Below, in pieces: positions 55,461 to 64,000 of a stretch of 64,000 bases of DNA. Source of the stretch: a virus; the IMG/VR virus record IMGVR_UViG_3300050821_017570, positions 64,001-128,000 of that record, one strand, 5' to 3'. The translations under genes and the position numbers were made by a program. The notes under the pieces were generated by a model. It did no database searches. It was not told the DNA's origin and saw only the letters and a program-made list of their open reading frames with translations. Each line of letters starts with the position of its first letter. The first letter of the stretch is position 1.

Positions 55461-55695
55461 AGATGAGTGTCGTTAGTGCGTAAGGATCGATACCGTGGGT
55501 GGCCCGAGACCACACTCCGCTGACCCACCGTACGTCACCGGTCCACTTGTGTGTATCACGATCTACGCTCGTACACCACTGGTAGGACAGATCGGTCTGG
55601 TAACTGAGTTCGGTCCGTTTGGCAAACCTCACAACTGTCCATCGAACGTTTTGATCATAACCCAACCAGATCTGGCCAATCTTAAGCGGGGTCAT
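55441..55695 (-). CDS. GQIW-family small protein #30
   Basis: MTPLKIGQIW...LTTLIYDPPTT. Confidence 0.8.
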   Translation of the reverse strand: MTPLKIGQIWLGYDQNVRWTVVRFAKRTELSYQTDLSYQWCTSVDRDTHKWTGDVRWVSGVWSRATHGIDPYALTTLIYDPPTT

Positions 55696-55933
55696 AAATG
55701 AGCGTCGCTAGCGCGTAAGGATCCACACCATTACCACGGGCCCAAACCCCATTGATAAAGCGTATCGAACCGCTCCATCCGTATGACCCGTCACTTGTGC
55801 CTCTTGTCGATTGGTAGGACAGATCGACCTGATAATGCAGTTCGGTTCGCTTGGTTAGTTTGACAACCGTCCATCGGATGTCATGCGTGCCAGCCAACCA
55901 GATTTGACCGACTCGGATCGGCGTGGGGGTCAT
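55682..55933 (-). CDS. GQIW-family small protein #31
   Basis: PIRVGQIW...LATLIYDPA. Confidence 0.8.
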   Translation of the reverse strand: MTPTPIRVGQIWLAGTHDIRWTVVKLTKRTELHYQVDLSYQSTRGTSDGSYGWSGSIRFINGVWARGNGVDPYALATLIYDPA

Positions 55934-56322
55934 GAGATATCCTCGATGAGGTCGGCAACCGTTTGGTTACCACGTGCGGGTGGGTGACGAGTCAGTGTGT
56001 CGTGGGCCAGCTTGGCCGCCCCGGCGAGTCCGAACCAGCAAACAACGAAACCCCCAATCCCGCCCAGTACGTGATCGTGAACCAGCAGGGTGACGGCCAA
56101 GGCGTGCCAGTAGGACTGACAGGTTGGGCAGGTTGGAAAGTCGGCCAGATCGGCCCAAATTCGATTCAGGGGCCATCGGCTAAGCGGTCTCCGCTCGCTA
56201 ATCCGGCTGAACCATCCCTCCAGCAGCTCCCTTGGGTAGCTCATGATGGTGGACTTAGCCGTCAGTTGGGTGAGCCCAAACACCGCCAGCACACCGATGC
56301 AGAAGACACAAAAACCTGACAT
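55930..56322 (-). CDS. Membrane protein, DUF1360-like
   Basis: Three hydrophobic segments and TCPTCQSYW motif. Confidence 0.5.
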   Translation of the reverse strand: MSGFCVFCIGVLAVFGLTQLTAKSTIMSYPRELLEGWFSRISERRPLSRWPLNRIWADLADFPTCPTCQSYWHALAVTLLVHDHVLGGIGGFVVCWFGLAGAAKLAHDTLTRHPPARGNQTVADLIEDIS

Positions 56323-56358
56323 GCTGACTCCTCGGTTGGTTGGCTGAATTGGTTCTGA

Positions 56359-56568
56359 TTACTTGAAACAACCGCCGCGGCAGGTCAGGCTCCCACAGAG
56401 GCCACAGTGGCCCTCGGAGTCATCATAGACCGTGAACCCGCTGGCGGTTTCGATACGTTGGCTCCGCATGGGCGGACGGCGGTTACCCGCTTCGTCCAGC
56501 ACGTAGGCGCGTCCATCCGCATCATGATGGACGATTTCACCATCACGGTTACGACCGTGGTTGTCCAT
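56359..56568 (-). CDS. Small protein with C-terminal Cys cluster
   Basis: HCGLCGSLTCRGGC; AAGGA RBS. Confidence 0.55.
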   Translation of the reverse strand: MDNHGRNRDGEIVHHDADGRAYVLDEAGNRRPPMRSQRIETASGFTVYDDSEGHCGLCGSLTCRGGCFK

Positions 56569-56585
56569 TAGGTATCCTTGGAAAG

Positions 56586-56789
56586 TTACTCACCAACCAG
56601 GTAGGCAATCCCACAGACCGCCGCGATGGCGACCACAGGATGATAGATTGCAAGCAGACAGAGAAGTGCGAACCCGCAGATCCTAAGGAGCCGGATGCTC
56701 CGGTACGAAGGGTAGGAGTGTGGGTACAAATGTGACGTCCGGAAGATTTTCCGGAGTCCGCGCTCGATCCGTCGGAAGAGTGCCGACAT
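56586..56789 (-). CDS. Small membrane protein
   Basis: Basic N-terminus, hydrophobic C-terminus. Confidence 0.45.
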   Translation of the reverse strand: MSALFRRIERGLRKIFRTSHLYPHSYPSYRSIRLLRICGFALLCLLAIYHPVVAIAAVCGIAYLVGE

Positions 56790-57061
56790 TGGGTATCACG
56801 CTTTTGAACCGAAGTATCGTCTTGGGAAATTGCAGCTGTAGGTAGATTCGGGCACTCGACATGGCCGTAGCTTAGCCGGTGGGCCGAACATCAAAAGTAG
56901 CCCCGTGGGGTTCTCTCCCACGGGGGCAATAGGTATTAGCCCAATACCTCGCAGGTGCATACAATGGCGGCGTAGACAAGCCCAACCAGTGCGAGAACCT
57001 TTAGCAGCGATAACGCGGCTAAAGCGATGCCCCCGAGTACGAGATAGGACGTCAGATCAGC

Positions 57062-58858
57062 GTGTCGCATACAGCTCCAGGTGACCAGGCGAACCCAGTC
57101 AGTCAGCATGATCCATCTGATGTGATGGATGCCATCCAGAGGTATCAGCGACTTCAGGAGCGGTATCCGGACATGCCGGCGGTAGCCATCCTACCGCTGA
57201 TTTTCAAACTGAATGGAAAGCCGTATTCGATCTCAGAAGGCCACTTCCCGATGGAGCCACTGTTCCGGCGAACCAATCTGCCCTTGCAGTTGGTCCTGCG
57301 GTGTGGGCGCCAGGTTGGCAAGAGTCAGACATTCGCATGTTCGACCATCTTGCGGGCCATCTGTAACCCCTACTACAAGCTCCTGACGGTGACGCCGCTA
57401 TTCGAACAGGTGCGTAAGTTCAGCTCCAACTATGTGAAGCCAGCCCTCTCGGAGTGCAGGTTCCGAAGCCAGATCTTGAATCGCGGTCAGGACAACTCGG
57501 TCCTGCAGCGCACGCTGTCGAATGGATCGTATCTTCTGTACAACTACGCCAGCAACTCTGCCGACCGCATCCGTGGTACGCCGTCGGATGAGATCTTCCA
57601 TGATGAGGTGCAGGACTTTGACCTGTCGGTTCTGCCGGTGATTGAGTCGTGTCTTGACGCCAGTCAGTTCAAGCTGCGCAGATTCGCCGGTACGCCCAAG
57701 ACGACCGATGGACCGCTTGACCAGCTGTGGAACAAATCCAGTCAGGCAATCTGGTACATCCCCTGTCAGACCACGGGTTGCAAGGTCGAGAACATCTGTT
57801 CGGTATCCGGTCACCTGCTCAAGATGGTCGACCATCCTAAGACTCTGGTGTGTTACAAATGTGGCCAGCCGCTCGATAGCCGTCTCGGCTACTACGTCCA
57901 CACGTATCCGGACCGCCAGATGGAGTTCGCTGGCTATTCGGTGCCTCAGCCCATCCTGCCGATGCATTACGCGGATCCGAAGAGCTGGCACCGTATCCAG
58001 CGAGCCATGAAGGGGGACAAGCCGACCTTCGCCTTCTACAACGAGATCCTCGGTGAGGCCTACGACATAGGATCGAAGATGCTGTCCAAAGAAGAACTCG
58101 CAGCCGCCGCTACTCTTCCGGTTATGCTGCCAAAGCAGTGGCAGGGGGGCCGCTACCTGAGTGTCGTCCTGGGGGTCGACTGGGGTGGTAAGGGCAAGGA
58201 ACGCCAAACCGATCGTGAGGAGTTCATCTCCAACACCGTGCTGTGTTTGGCAGGACTGCGTCACGACGGGGTCGTGGAGGTCAAGTGGATCTACAAGACC
58301 CCATATGCGGCCAACCATAACCAAGAGGCCGAGATGGTGAAGGACGCGGCGGCGGACGCTCGGGTCAACTGGGTGGCCCACGACTTCACCGGTGCGGGTG
58401 ACGTTCGGGAGACTCTGTTGCGAAACTTTGGCTGGCCGATCGAACGCATCATTCCATTTAGTCTGACCGTTATGGGTCCCAACAACCCTATCGTCTCCTA
58501 CACACCCGCCGGCACCACGGGCGTGCGGTCCAGCTACAAACTCGACAAGCCTCGCTCGCTGCTTTTGCTATGCGAGCTGATTCGACGTCAGAAGGTGCTG
58601 CTGCCTCAGTATGAGGGCGCACGTGAAATGCTGGAAGACTTCTTCCACATCTACCATGAGACGGTTGATTCACCGCGAGGTAAGACCAGTCTGGTTAGAC
58701 GACTCACCGGTACGACCGATGACGTCGTCATGGCGATCAATAATGCGGTTATGGCGCTCTACCATACGACTGAATCGTGGCCCGTACTGGCGGACTCGTT
58801 TCAGACGTTGGTGCCGCCGATCGTGACGGCTATGGATTGGGACGATCGCGACTTGTGA
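57062..58858 (+). CDS. terL: Phage terminase large subunit (GpA-like)
   Basis: Walker A CGRQVGKS, Walker B FHDEVQ, AGTP coupling motif, CxxxxC/CxxC, nuclease GVDWG and DDVVMA. Confidence 0.85.
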   Translation: MSHTAPGDQANPVSQHDPSDVMDAIQRYQRLQERYPDMPAVAILPLIFKLNGKPYSISEGHFPMEPLFRRTNLPLQLVLRCGRQVGKSQTFACSTILRAICNPYYKLLTVTPLFEQVRKFSSNYVKPALSECRFRSQILNRGQDNSVLQRTLSNGSYLLYNYASNSADRIRGTPSDEIFHDEVQDFDLSVLPVIESCLDASQFKLRRFAGTPKTTDGPLDQLWNKSSQAIWYIPCQTTGCKVENICSVSGHLLKMVDHPKTLVCYKCGQPLDSRLGYYVHTYPDRQMEFAGYSVPQPILPMHYADPKSWHRIQRAMKGDKPTFAFYNEILGEAYDIGSKMLSKEELAAAATLPVMLPKQWQGGRYLSVVLGVDWGGKGKERQTDREEFISNTVLCLAGLRHDGVVEVKWIYKTPYAANHNQEAEMVKDAAADARVNWVAHDFTGAGDVRETLLRNFGWPIERIIPFSLTVMGPNNPIVSYTPAGTTGVRSSYKLDKPRSLLLLCELIRRQKVLLPQYEGAREMLEDFFHIYHETVDSPRGKTSLVRRLTGTTDDVVMAINNAVMALYHTTESWPVLADSFQTLVPPIVTAMDWDDRDL

Positions 58859-58930
58859 GTAGATCGCGAATCTTGACGATTCCGAGCCACCCGAACCACA
58901 TCATCAGTACCACCACACCTTTGATTTTGT

Positions 58931-59200
58931 TCATTCGGGGCTCCATAGCAGGAACATGATTTGTTCGCCATTATTGGTCTGAAGACTGCAGCAACCATCG
59001 GCTAGCTCTCGAATCAACCGGACTGGCCAACCTGGGTTACGACCGGGACTAACATAGTGTTGGTACCAATCCGTAGAACCATACCACCAACCTGAATATG
59101 CGTGCTGGGTATCACCCCGTATGACTACGAGCCGTGTATTAATACCGCTCGTTAGCTTTCTCTGTTCGAACCATATTTGACCGATCTTGAGGCTAGTCAT
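58931..59200 (-). CDS. GQIW-family small protein #32
   Basis: MTSLKIGQIW...MFLLWSPE. Confidence 0.75.
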   Translation of the reverse strand: MTSLKIGQIWFEQRKLTSGINTRLVVIRGDTQHAYSGWWYGSTDWYQHYVSPGRNPGWPVRLIRELADGCCSLQTNNGEQIMFLLWSPE

Positions 59201-59634
59201 GTGATCGCCTCGATATCGTGCCAGCTGGTGAGCCACTGACGGTTCACGTCAGCAAAACTGGCCCCGCAGATGCGAAGCATCTTGACTCCCTGATAGGTTT
59301 CGACACGCCATTTGCCAGGCGGATAGACCCCCTTGAGGAGCCATCGGATGCATCCACGGCCACGTTCAAACCTGACGTAGCAGCAGAACTTGTTCATGTG
59401 GATGATCTTTTCGGCCGCCGGTAACAGCAGCAGATCACTACGATCGAAAAAGAACGTTACGCCTGCCACACGCTCCAGTTGGTTCCACGCCACCACCGGA
59501 ATCGTCAGCCGGCTGCGGAGAATCTGACAGCAGTCGTGCTTGGGGCTTCGGTGATGGACCCGTATCTCCGAATAGTGAACCCACGCCTGTGGGACCACCT
59601 GTCGGAGCTGAGCCGGTGTATAGAGTTGTGTCAT
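59197..59634 (-). CDS. Hypothetical protein
   Basis: ORF from MTQLYTP after GGAG. Confidence 0.55.
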   Translation of the reverse strand: MTQLYTPAQLRQVVPQAWVHYSEIRVHHRSPKHDCCQILRSRLTIPVVAWNQLERVAGVTFFFDRSDLLLLPAAEKIIHMNKFCCYVRFERGRGCIRWLLKGVYPPGKWRVETYQGVKMLRICGASFADVNRQWLTSWHDIEAIT

Positions 59635-59684
59635 CGTGGCTCCTACCCACCGGCCCCGCGGGGCCGGTGGGGCAGCTTGGCTGA

Positions 59685-60221
59685 CTAGCCGGCCGCCTGT
59701 GCGGCCTTGACCCGCTCGGCCGATGCCTGCAGATGTGCGGCCTTCCACTGGTTGAACCAGCGGTGGGCTTGCGCACCGATCCAGGCCTCGAACCAGGGTT
59801 CGTGGAGCGCCAGCTCCAGCACGGGTGGCCGCTCACCGGCCCTGTGGGCCTGCTCGACCAGAACGCACCATTGGCAGTACGAGAGCGCTCGGTTGATCCA
59901 CCTGAGAGCCGCCTCGCCATTCTGGTCGGGCGTCTCCAGTTCGATCACCGCGTGCGTGCCGTTCTCGCACACCACACCACAGAGGCCTCCATCGAATCGC
60001 TCCATATGGCGATACTGGTGAAGCCCCATCAGGGTGACGGTGCAGAAGCCGGTGTTGCGGAGCAGCTGATACAGTTGTGAGGACTTGTCATGGAGAGCTT
60101 CCATGAGCTTCGCCCTCACTCCCATCAGACTCTCAGCCGCGAACGTCGGATTCGGCTCGGTTTGACCGACCGCACACGAATAGGCCCTGAGGGCCAGAAT
60201 GGGAATCTGCTTGGGTTTCAT
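59685..60221 (-). CDS. Hypothetical protein
   Basis: 178-aa ORF. Confidence 0.6.
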   Translation of the reverse strand: MKPKQIPILALRAYSCAVGQTEPNPTFAAESLMGVRAKLMEALHDKSSQLYQLLRNTGFCTVTLMGLHQYRHMERFDGGLCGVVCENGTHAVIELETPDQNGEAALRWINRALSYCQWCVLVEQAHRAGERPPVLELALHEPWFEAWIGAQAHRWFNQWKAAHLQASAERVKAAQAAG

Positions 60222-60224
60222 GAA

Positions 60225-61067
60225 TCATCCTTCGTCAGTGAGACCGTCCTGAGCCCGCTCATCGGTGAGCGAACCCAACACAGCCTCGGTGTGGATTTGC
60301 TCGGCATGTTGGGCCATCTGCTGGATCTCGCGCTCCAGCTGAGCGGGATCGACGGGTGCGGCCTCACTCGCGGGGACCGCGACCTCGTGGATCGTCTGCG
60401 GCGCCACCGCATGGGTGGGGCCGAGGACCGTGCGGATCTTCCGCAGCAACGCCTCTGCGTTGCGATCGCCACCGATGTAGGTGACGACCATCTCGACCTC
60501 GCTGGCATACCGGGTCAGAAGATTCTGCCGGGCATGCACACGACGACTGTCGAGAGCGCTCTTGATGGCCGCCACGTCCTTGCGGAAGTGCTTGAGCTGG
60601 TCAGAACGCTCGACCCGCTCGTGTGACTGTGAGATCTGCGCCAGCGCATTGACCTGGCGGCACGTATGGATGCCACGCTGGACCAGCGCGTCCACCAGAT
60701 CCTCCAGCATGATCTTCAGGTCGATGCCTGGGATGGGATTGTTGGGATCGTTGGCCGCCAGATGTACTTCGTAGCTGGCATAGCGGGCCAGCCCTATGAA
60801 GCAGTCGGTCAGATTGTTAGCGAATTGACGTCGGCGCGCCGGCAGGGCGCGGAAGGCAGCCACGTAGTCCTGGTGGGACCGCTTCTGCTTGGCACGCGCA
60901 TGTTCCATTTCGCGTACCGAAGGTCGCGGAACCAGAAGACTCGTTGAGTGACCAAGCGACAGAATGCTCATGAGGAGCACCTGAAGATCGGTGTGGGTGA
61001 CGGGGGAATGGGAAGTGGGCGAAGCAGCCATTGGAAACTCCATCAGCTGGTGAGGAAACACCCCCAC
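60225..61067 (-). CDS. Hypothetical alpha-helical protein
   Basis: About 280-aa ORF, strong GC3 bias. Confidence 0.65.
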   Translation of the reverse strand: MGVFPHQLMEFPMAASPTSHSPVTHTDLQVLLMSILSLGHSTSLLVPRPSVREMEHARAKQKRSHQDYVAAFRALPARRRQFANNLTDCFIGLARYASYEVHLAANDPNNPIPGIDLKIMLEDLVDALVQRGIHTCRQVNALAQISQSHERVERSDQLKHFRKDVAAIKSALDSRRVHARQNLLTRYASEVEMVVTYIGGDRNAEALLRKIRTVLGPTHAVAPQTIHEVAVPASEAAPVDPAQLEREIQQMAQHAEQIHTEAVLGSLTDERAQDGLTDEG

Positions 61068-61111
61068 CCTCGATCTGAGGGTGGGGGTCGGTCAGTTGAC
61101 CCAACGTGGGG

Positions 61112-61519
61112 TCAAACGATGTCGTGCTGGCGATTCCCGTCGAGCGAGATACCGTCCTTGTTCCACCGGAAGGTCTCACGACCGTCCGTGCCTTCCATGA
61201 CCCAGTCACCGCGCTCGGCGGTGATCTTGGTGATCTGGGCACTGAAGGTGTTGCGCAGGGCGACGTAGCCCCCTTGCTTGAACCGGGTCACGGCCTCTTC
61301 TGTAGGTGCCACATCGACGACCGGGCGATCGAATCGCGGGGCCGTCTCGGGGGCGGTTTCCACCGGCGCATCGGTCGACGTGGTGGCGGCCCTGACGCCC
61401 AACGCGTCACGAAGGTCATCCATCACGTCGGCCAGTTCGCTGAACAGCTCGTTCACGCGAGCCATGTCGACGGTGGGAGGGGTACGACGGGTACGAGGAG
61501 CACGAGTTTCGGTCGGCAT
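61112..61519 (-). CDS. Hypothetical protein
   Basis: ORF from MPTETR; C-terminal SH3-like strand pattern ending HDIV. Confidence 0.55.
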   Translation of the reverse strand: MPTETRAPRTRRTPPTVDMARVNELFSELADVMDDLRDALGVRAATTSTDAPVETAPETAPRFDRPVVDVAPTEEAVTRFKQGGYVALRNTFSAQITKITAERGDWVMEGTDGRETFRWNKDGISLDGNRQHDIV

Positions 61520-61576
61520 ATGATTCGATTCTAGGGCCAAGCCCTATCAGGAGAAAAGGGACAAAACCTCGACTGG

Positions 61577-61885
61577 TTAGTCGAGGCTAGCCGAGACGGC
61601 CCGGTGGGCCTGCTCGGCTTCCCATTGTTTCAGTTCAGAGAAGGGGTGCTGCCGATCCATTTCTACCCACGCGTGTGGATCGAGCTGGAACAGCGCATCC
61701 TTCGCAACCAGCCAGGTCTGCCTGGCCCGCGCGGTGCGGGACTCCAGACAGACTGCCTTCACATCATCCACAAAATCCAATGCATCGGGCCGTTGGATCA
61801 GGAGAGCGATCGCTTCACGCTTCGCCGCCTGACTACGACCCCTGAGGGCCGCACGGATATGACTTGGGTTATTTTGAATCGGCAT
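61577..61885 (-). CDS. Hypothetical protein
   Basis: 102-aa ORF, GGAGG RBS. Confidence 0.55.
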   Translation of the reverse strand: MPIQNNPSHIRAALRGRSQAAKREAIALLIQRPDALDFVDDVKAVCLESRTARARQTWLVAKDALFQLDPHAWVEMDRQHPFSELKQWEAEQAHRAVSASLD

Positions 61886-61939
61886 AACGCCTCCTCTGAT
61901 GATGTGGTGGTGTCAGGATGAGTCAGAAACGAGACGGAA

Positions 61940-62200
61940 CTAGCGTGCGCGGAATCCGAGTCGCAACACATTGGCCTTGTCGGCGAATGCGCTGTGGAGG
62001 GCTGTGAACTCGTCTGCGGTCAGTCCGACAGTCGCTATCTTGTCGAAGGCACTCCTCAGATTGGTGCGTAGATAGTCGCCACGATCACGGATGCCGCGAC
62101 GATCGACGCTCGTGCGGGCCCTGGCGGCATTCTGACGGACACAGTCGGCGATCCAGGCATCCTGGCGCGCACGGTTGGGATTGATGGCCTGGGTAGGCAT
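61940..62200 (-). CDS. Small basic hypothetical protein
   Basis: 86-aa ORF, AAAGGA RBS. Confidence 0.55.
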   Translation of the reverse strand: MPTQAINPNRARQDAWIADCVRQNAARARTSVDRRGIRDRGDYLRTNLRSAFDKIATVGLTADEFTALHSAFADKANVLRLGFRAR

Positions 62201-62242
62201 GAGAATCCTTTCGAATGGTTGGAAACAGGTGGAGAGGGCGAA

Positions 62243-62551
62243 CTACCGCTGGGAGTTGATCCCAATGGCAGCTCGCTCCTCGGGGGTGAGGGTAGCGTGG
62301 ATCTTGGACAGGGCGGAGGCACGAATGCTGGCTCGGCGGGCAGTCTCCTGCTCGCGCTGAATACGACGACGATCAGCCTCCTGGTGTTCTGCCCACCAGG
62401 TGGCGGTGTTACGGGGAATCCGAATTCCATTGTCCTGGAGGGACTGACAGGCCGCACACAGCATTTGGGCTAGGAGAGTATGGCGACGCTCCAGCTGCGC
62501 TAACTCTTCACCATCTCGGCTACAGCCCCAGCCTCCATCACTACATGGCAT
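62243..62551 (-). CDS. Hypothetical protein
   Basis: MPCSDG...LCAAC...WWAEHQEADRRR pattern seen in phage proteins. Confidence 0.6.
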   Translation of the reverse strand: MPCSDGGWGCSRDGEELAQLERRHTLLAQMLCAACQSLQDNGIRIPRNTATWWAEHQEADRRRIQREQETARRASIRASALSKIHATLTPEERAAIGINSQR

Positions 62552-62552
62552 G

Positions 62553-62882
62553 TTAGACTCCGAATTCTTTAGTCCAGTCGGGCGTTATCGTCAGGCCCGA
62601 CGGTAGTATGTCTTTGGTCATCGACAGCTCGGTCGCATCATCGGCCGCAAGCCTGAGATGTCCGAGGTTGAAACTGATGAGTTTGTCCCGCTCTTCCGCC
62701 GAGACAGATCCGTAGCAACCACTTGTTTTCATGTCGTCCTGAAGCGACACCGCTAGGAGAAGAAGTGGCTTCAACCGCTCGATCAGCCAGAGGCGTCGCG
62801 TCCGTGCACAAAACGCAATCTGCGTTCTCATCACGCGGATGAATTGTTCGAGTTCTTCCATCTTGGTCATCGGTAGGGCCAA
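62553..62882 (-). CDS. Hypothetical protein
   Basis: 109-aa ORF. Confidence 0.5.
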   Translation of the reverse strand: MALPMTKMEELEQFIRVMRTQIAFCARTRRLWLIERLKPLLLLAVSLQDDMKTSGCYGSVSAEERDKLISFNLGHLRLAADDATELSMTKDILPSGLTITPDWTKEFGV

Positions 62883-62891
62883 TCGATACGG

Positions 62892-63242
62892 TTAGAGCCG
62901 CTCTGGATCCGGCTCTGGTGGTGGGTTCGGCTGCACGGGCTCGATCGGCAAAGTCTTCGGTGGTTCTTCCTCACGATCAAAATCATGAGACAGAAACTCA
63001 TCTGGGTCCACACCCTTGTGGGTGAGATTGCGGCGAAACCGATCAATCTGTTGGTTCTGAATCTTGACGATCTTGGTCAATTGCTCTAACGCCGTTCCAC
63101 CACGGGCGTTGTATTCCGAAATATGATCGAGCTGACGGTTCAGTTGGCCAAGCCGTACGGTGACCACACACAGTAGGACAAACATCACGGTGGTCATGAC
63201 GGCACAACCCATAACGGCAATTTTTTGGTCCCGTGGGGTCAC
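62892..63242 (-). CDS. Single-pass membrane protein with coiled coil
   Basis: N-terminal TM, heptad region, Pro-rich tail. Confidence 0.55.
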   Translation of the reverse strand: MTPRDQKIAVMGCAVMTTVMFVLLCVVTVRLGQLNRQLDHISEYNARGGTALEQLTKIVKIQNQQIDRFRRNLTHKGVDPDEFLSHDFDREEEPPKTLPIEPVQPNPPPEPDPERL

Positions 63243-63283
63243 CGAATCCTCCTCTGGTTGACAGAATCATAGGGCCGGCGCTC

Positions 63284-63421
63284 TTACTCCTCGTGAGGTG
63301 GCGACGACTCACGCGAACGCCGGCGGCGATCTCTGAAGACTTGTTTCGGTCGAGGCATCGGACGGCGGAATGCCGTCCTCAGCTCCTCCACCAGATTGGC
63401 CTTTGGATGCTTGCGCTTCAC
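63284..63421 (-). CDS. Small basic protein (45 aa)
   Basis: Manual translation MKRKHPKANLVEELRTAFRRPMPRPKQ...; GTGA-coupled start. Confidence 0.45.
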   Translation of the reverse strand: MKRKHPKANLVEELRTAFRRPMPRPKQVFRDRRRRSRESSPPHEE

Positions 63422-63780
63422 GCCAGATCCGGCTGATACCTGCAAAGCCAATCAACCTCCCAATGCGGATAGATCCGATCGTTGATGACCCCACACATAC
63501 GGAGACCCGCGACCGAGTTACCCGTATGGACCTGAAACCGAACCGGTTTCGCGATCACCCCATCGTGGACCCATCGCTCGACCTGATCGATCACATCGAT
63601 TCCTTCGATCCCAGGCCCGAGATCGTTATCGAAGCTACAGAACGCTACTGCGTCGTGCCGGAACAGCTCCAGCAGCGACTCGCCGGTCCGGCAGTGCAGC
63701 TGGTAGCCTTCCCTCATAGGGCGTCGGTCATCCAGCCACACCACCAGACCGCGACGGTAGCGGTTGGCGATGTCGTCCAT
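63418..63780 (-). CDS. Cyclic-phosphate-processing receiver-like (cREC) domain protein
   Basis: VWLDDRRP, SFDNDLG, GIDV, VHTGNSVAG...M motifs. Confidence 0.7.
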   Translation of the reverse strand: MDDIANRYRRGLVVWLDDRRPMREGYQLHCRTGESLLELFRHDAVAFCSFDNDLGPGIEGIDVIDQVERWVHDGVIAKPVRFQVHTGNSVAGLRMCGVINDRIYPHWEVDWLCRYQPDLA

Positions 63781-64000
63781 CAGTCTGCCTTCTTGGCGAC
63801 CTTCTCGGCGATCTCACCACGCCGGACCTTGCGATTCTTGGGCCGCCCCACCATGTGGAACTTGTTCTGGCCGTCGCGGTAGCCGTCGCTGACGCAGAAC
63901 GAGGGTGGCCGACGGGACGGCTTGTTCTTGCCGGCGCCATGGTCGCGGTGGCGCTCCGCGCCATTGAAGGGGCTGTAGGGCCAGCCACGGAGGCTCAGAG
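63780..64000 (-). CDS. Basic protein, partial (continues beyond window)
   Basis: Open frame ...GAERHRDHGAGKNK...KVAKKAD-stop, TGATG-coupled to the next gene. Confidence 0.55.
   Translation of the reverse strand, partial: LSLRGWPYSPFNGAERHRDHGAGKNKPSRRPPSFCVSDGYRDGQNKFHMVGRPKNRKVRRGEIAEKVAKKAD

Noticed and set aside
56871-56927. tRNA-like start (GCCGTAGCTTAG) and T-arm-like hairpin
   Set aside because: No acceptor-stem pairing, the loop lacks the TTCRA consensus, and there is no anticodon arm; no tRNA could be supported in the window.
57398-58381. 327-aa minus-strand ORF within terL
   Set aside because: Antisense shadow of the terminase gene.
63728-63988. 86-aa ORF from the track
   Set aside because: Wrong frame; the coupled, codon-biased frame ends at 63780 and runs off the window.

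Overview
A 64-kb, GC-rich segment of a large (probably jumbo) tailed dsDNA bacteriophage. Almost all genes lie on the minus strand, tightly packed and translationally coupled. Recognisable core functions are a UDG-fused family A DNA polymerase, primase, DnaB-like and SF2 helicases, UvsX/RecA, SbcC/SbcD (gp46/gp47), RuvA, RuvB, a RusA-like resolvase, class II ribonucleotide reductase, RNA repair and nucleotide-catabolism enzymes, and one plus-strand terminase large subunit. Three things stand out. (1) A complete four-gene ubiquitin-like conjugation operon (E2, JAB, E1/ThiF and a head-to-tail triple Ubl resembling a polyubiquitin precursor) sits inside the replication module at 44867-49043. (2) A family of about 32 paralogous small genes (L-x-x-G-Q-[IV]-W ... 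L-[LI]-[WY]-[DE]-P) is present, 23 of them in a near-continuous array at 1-6801, where the conserved gene ends often encode the RBS and start of the next gene. (3) A perfect 51-bp inverted repeat at 54209-54343 abuts a zinc-finger ORF with Rep/IS91-like motifs. All assignments come from reading motifs by eye; no database search was run.
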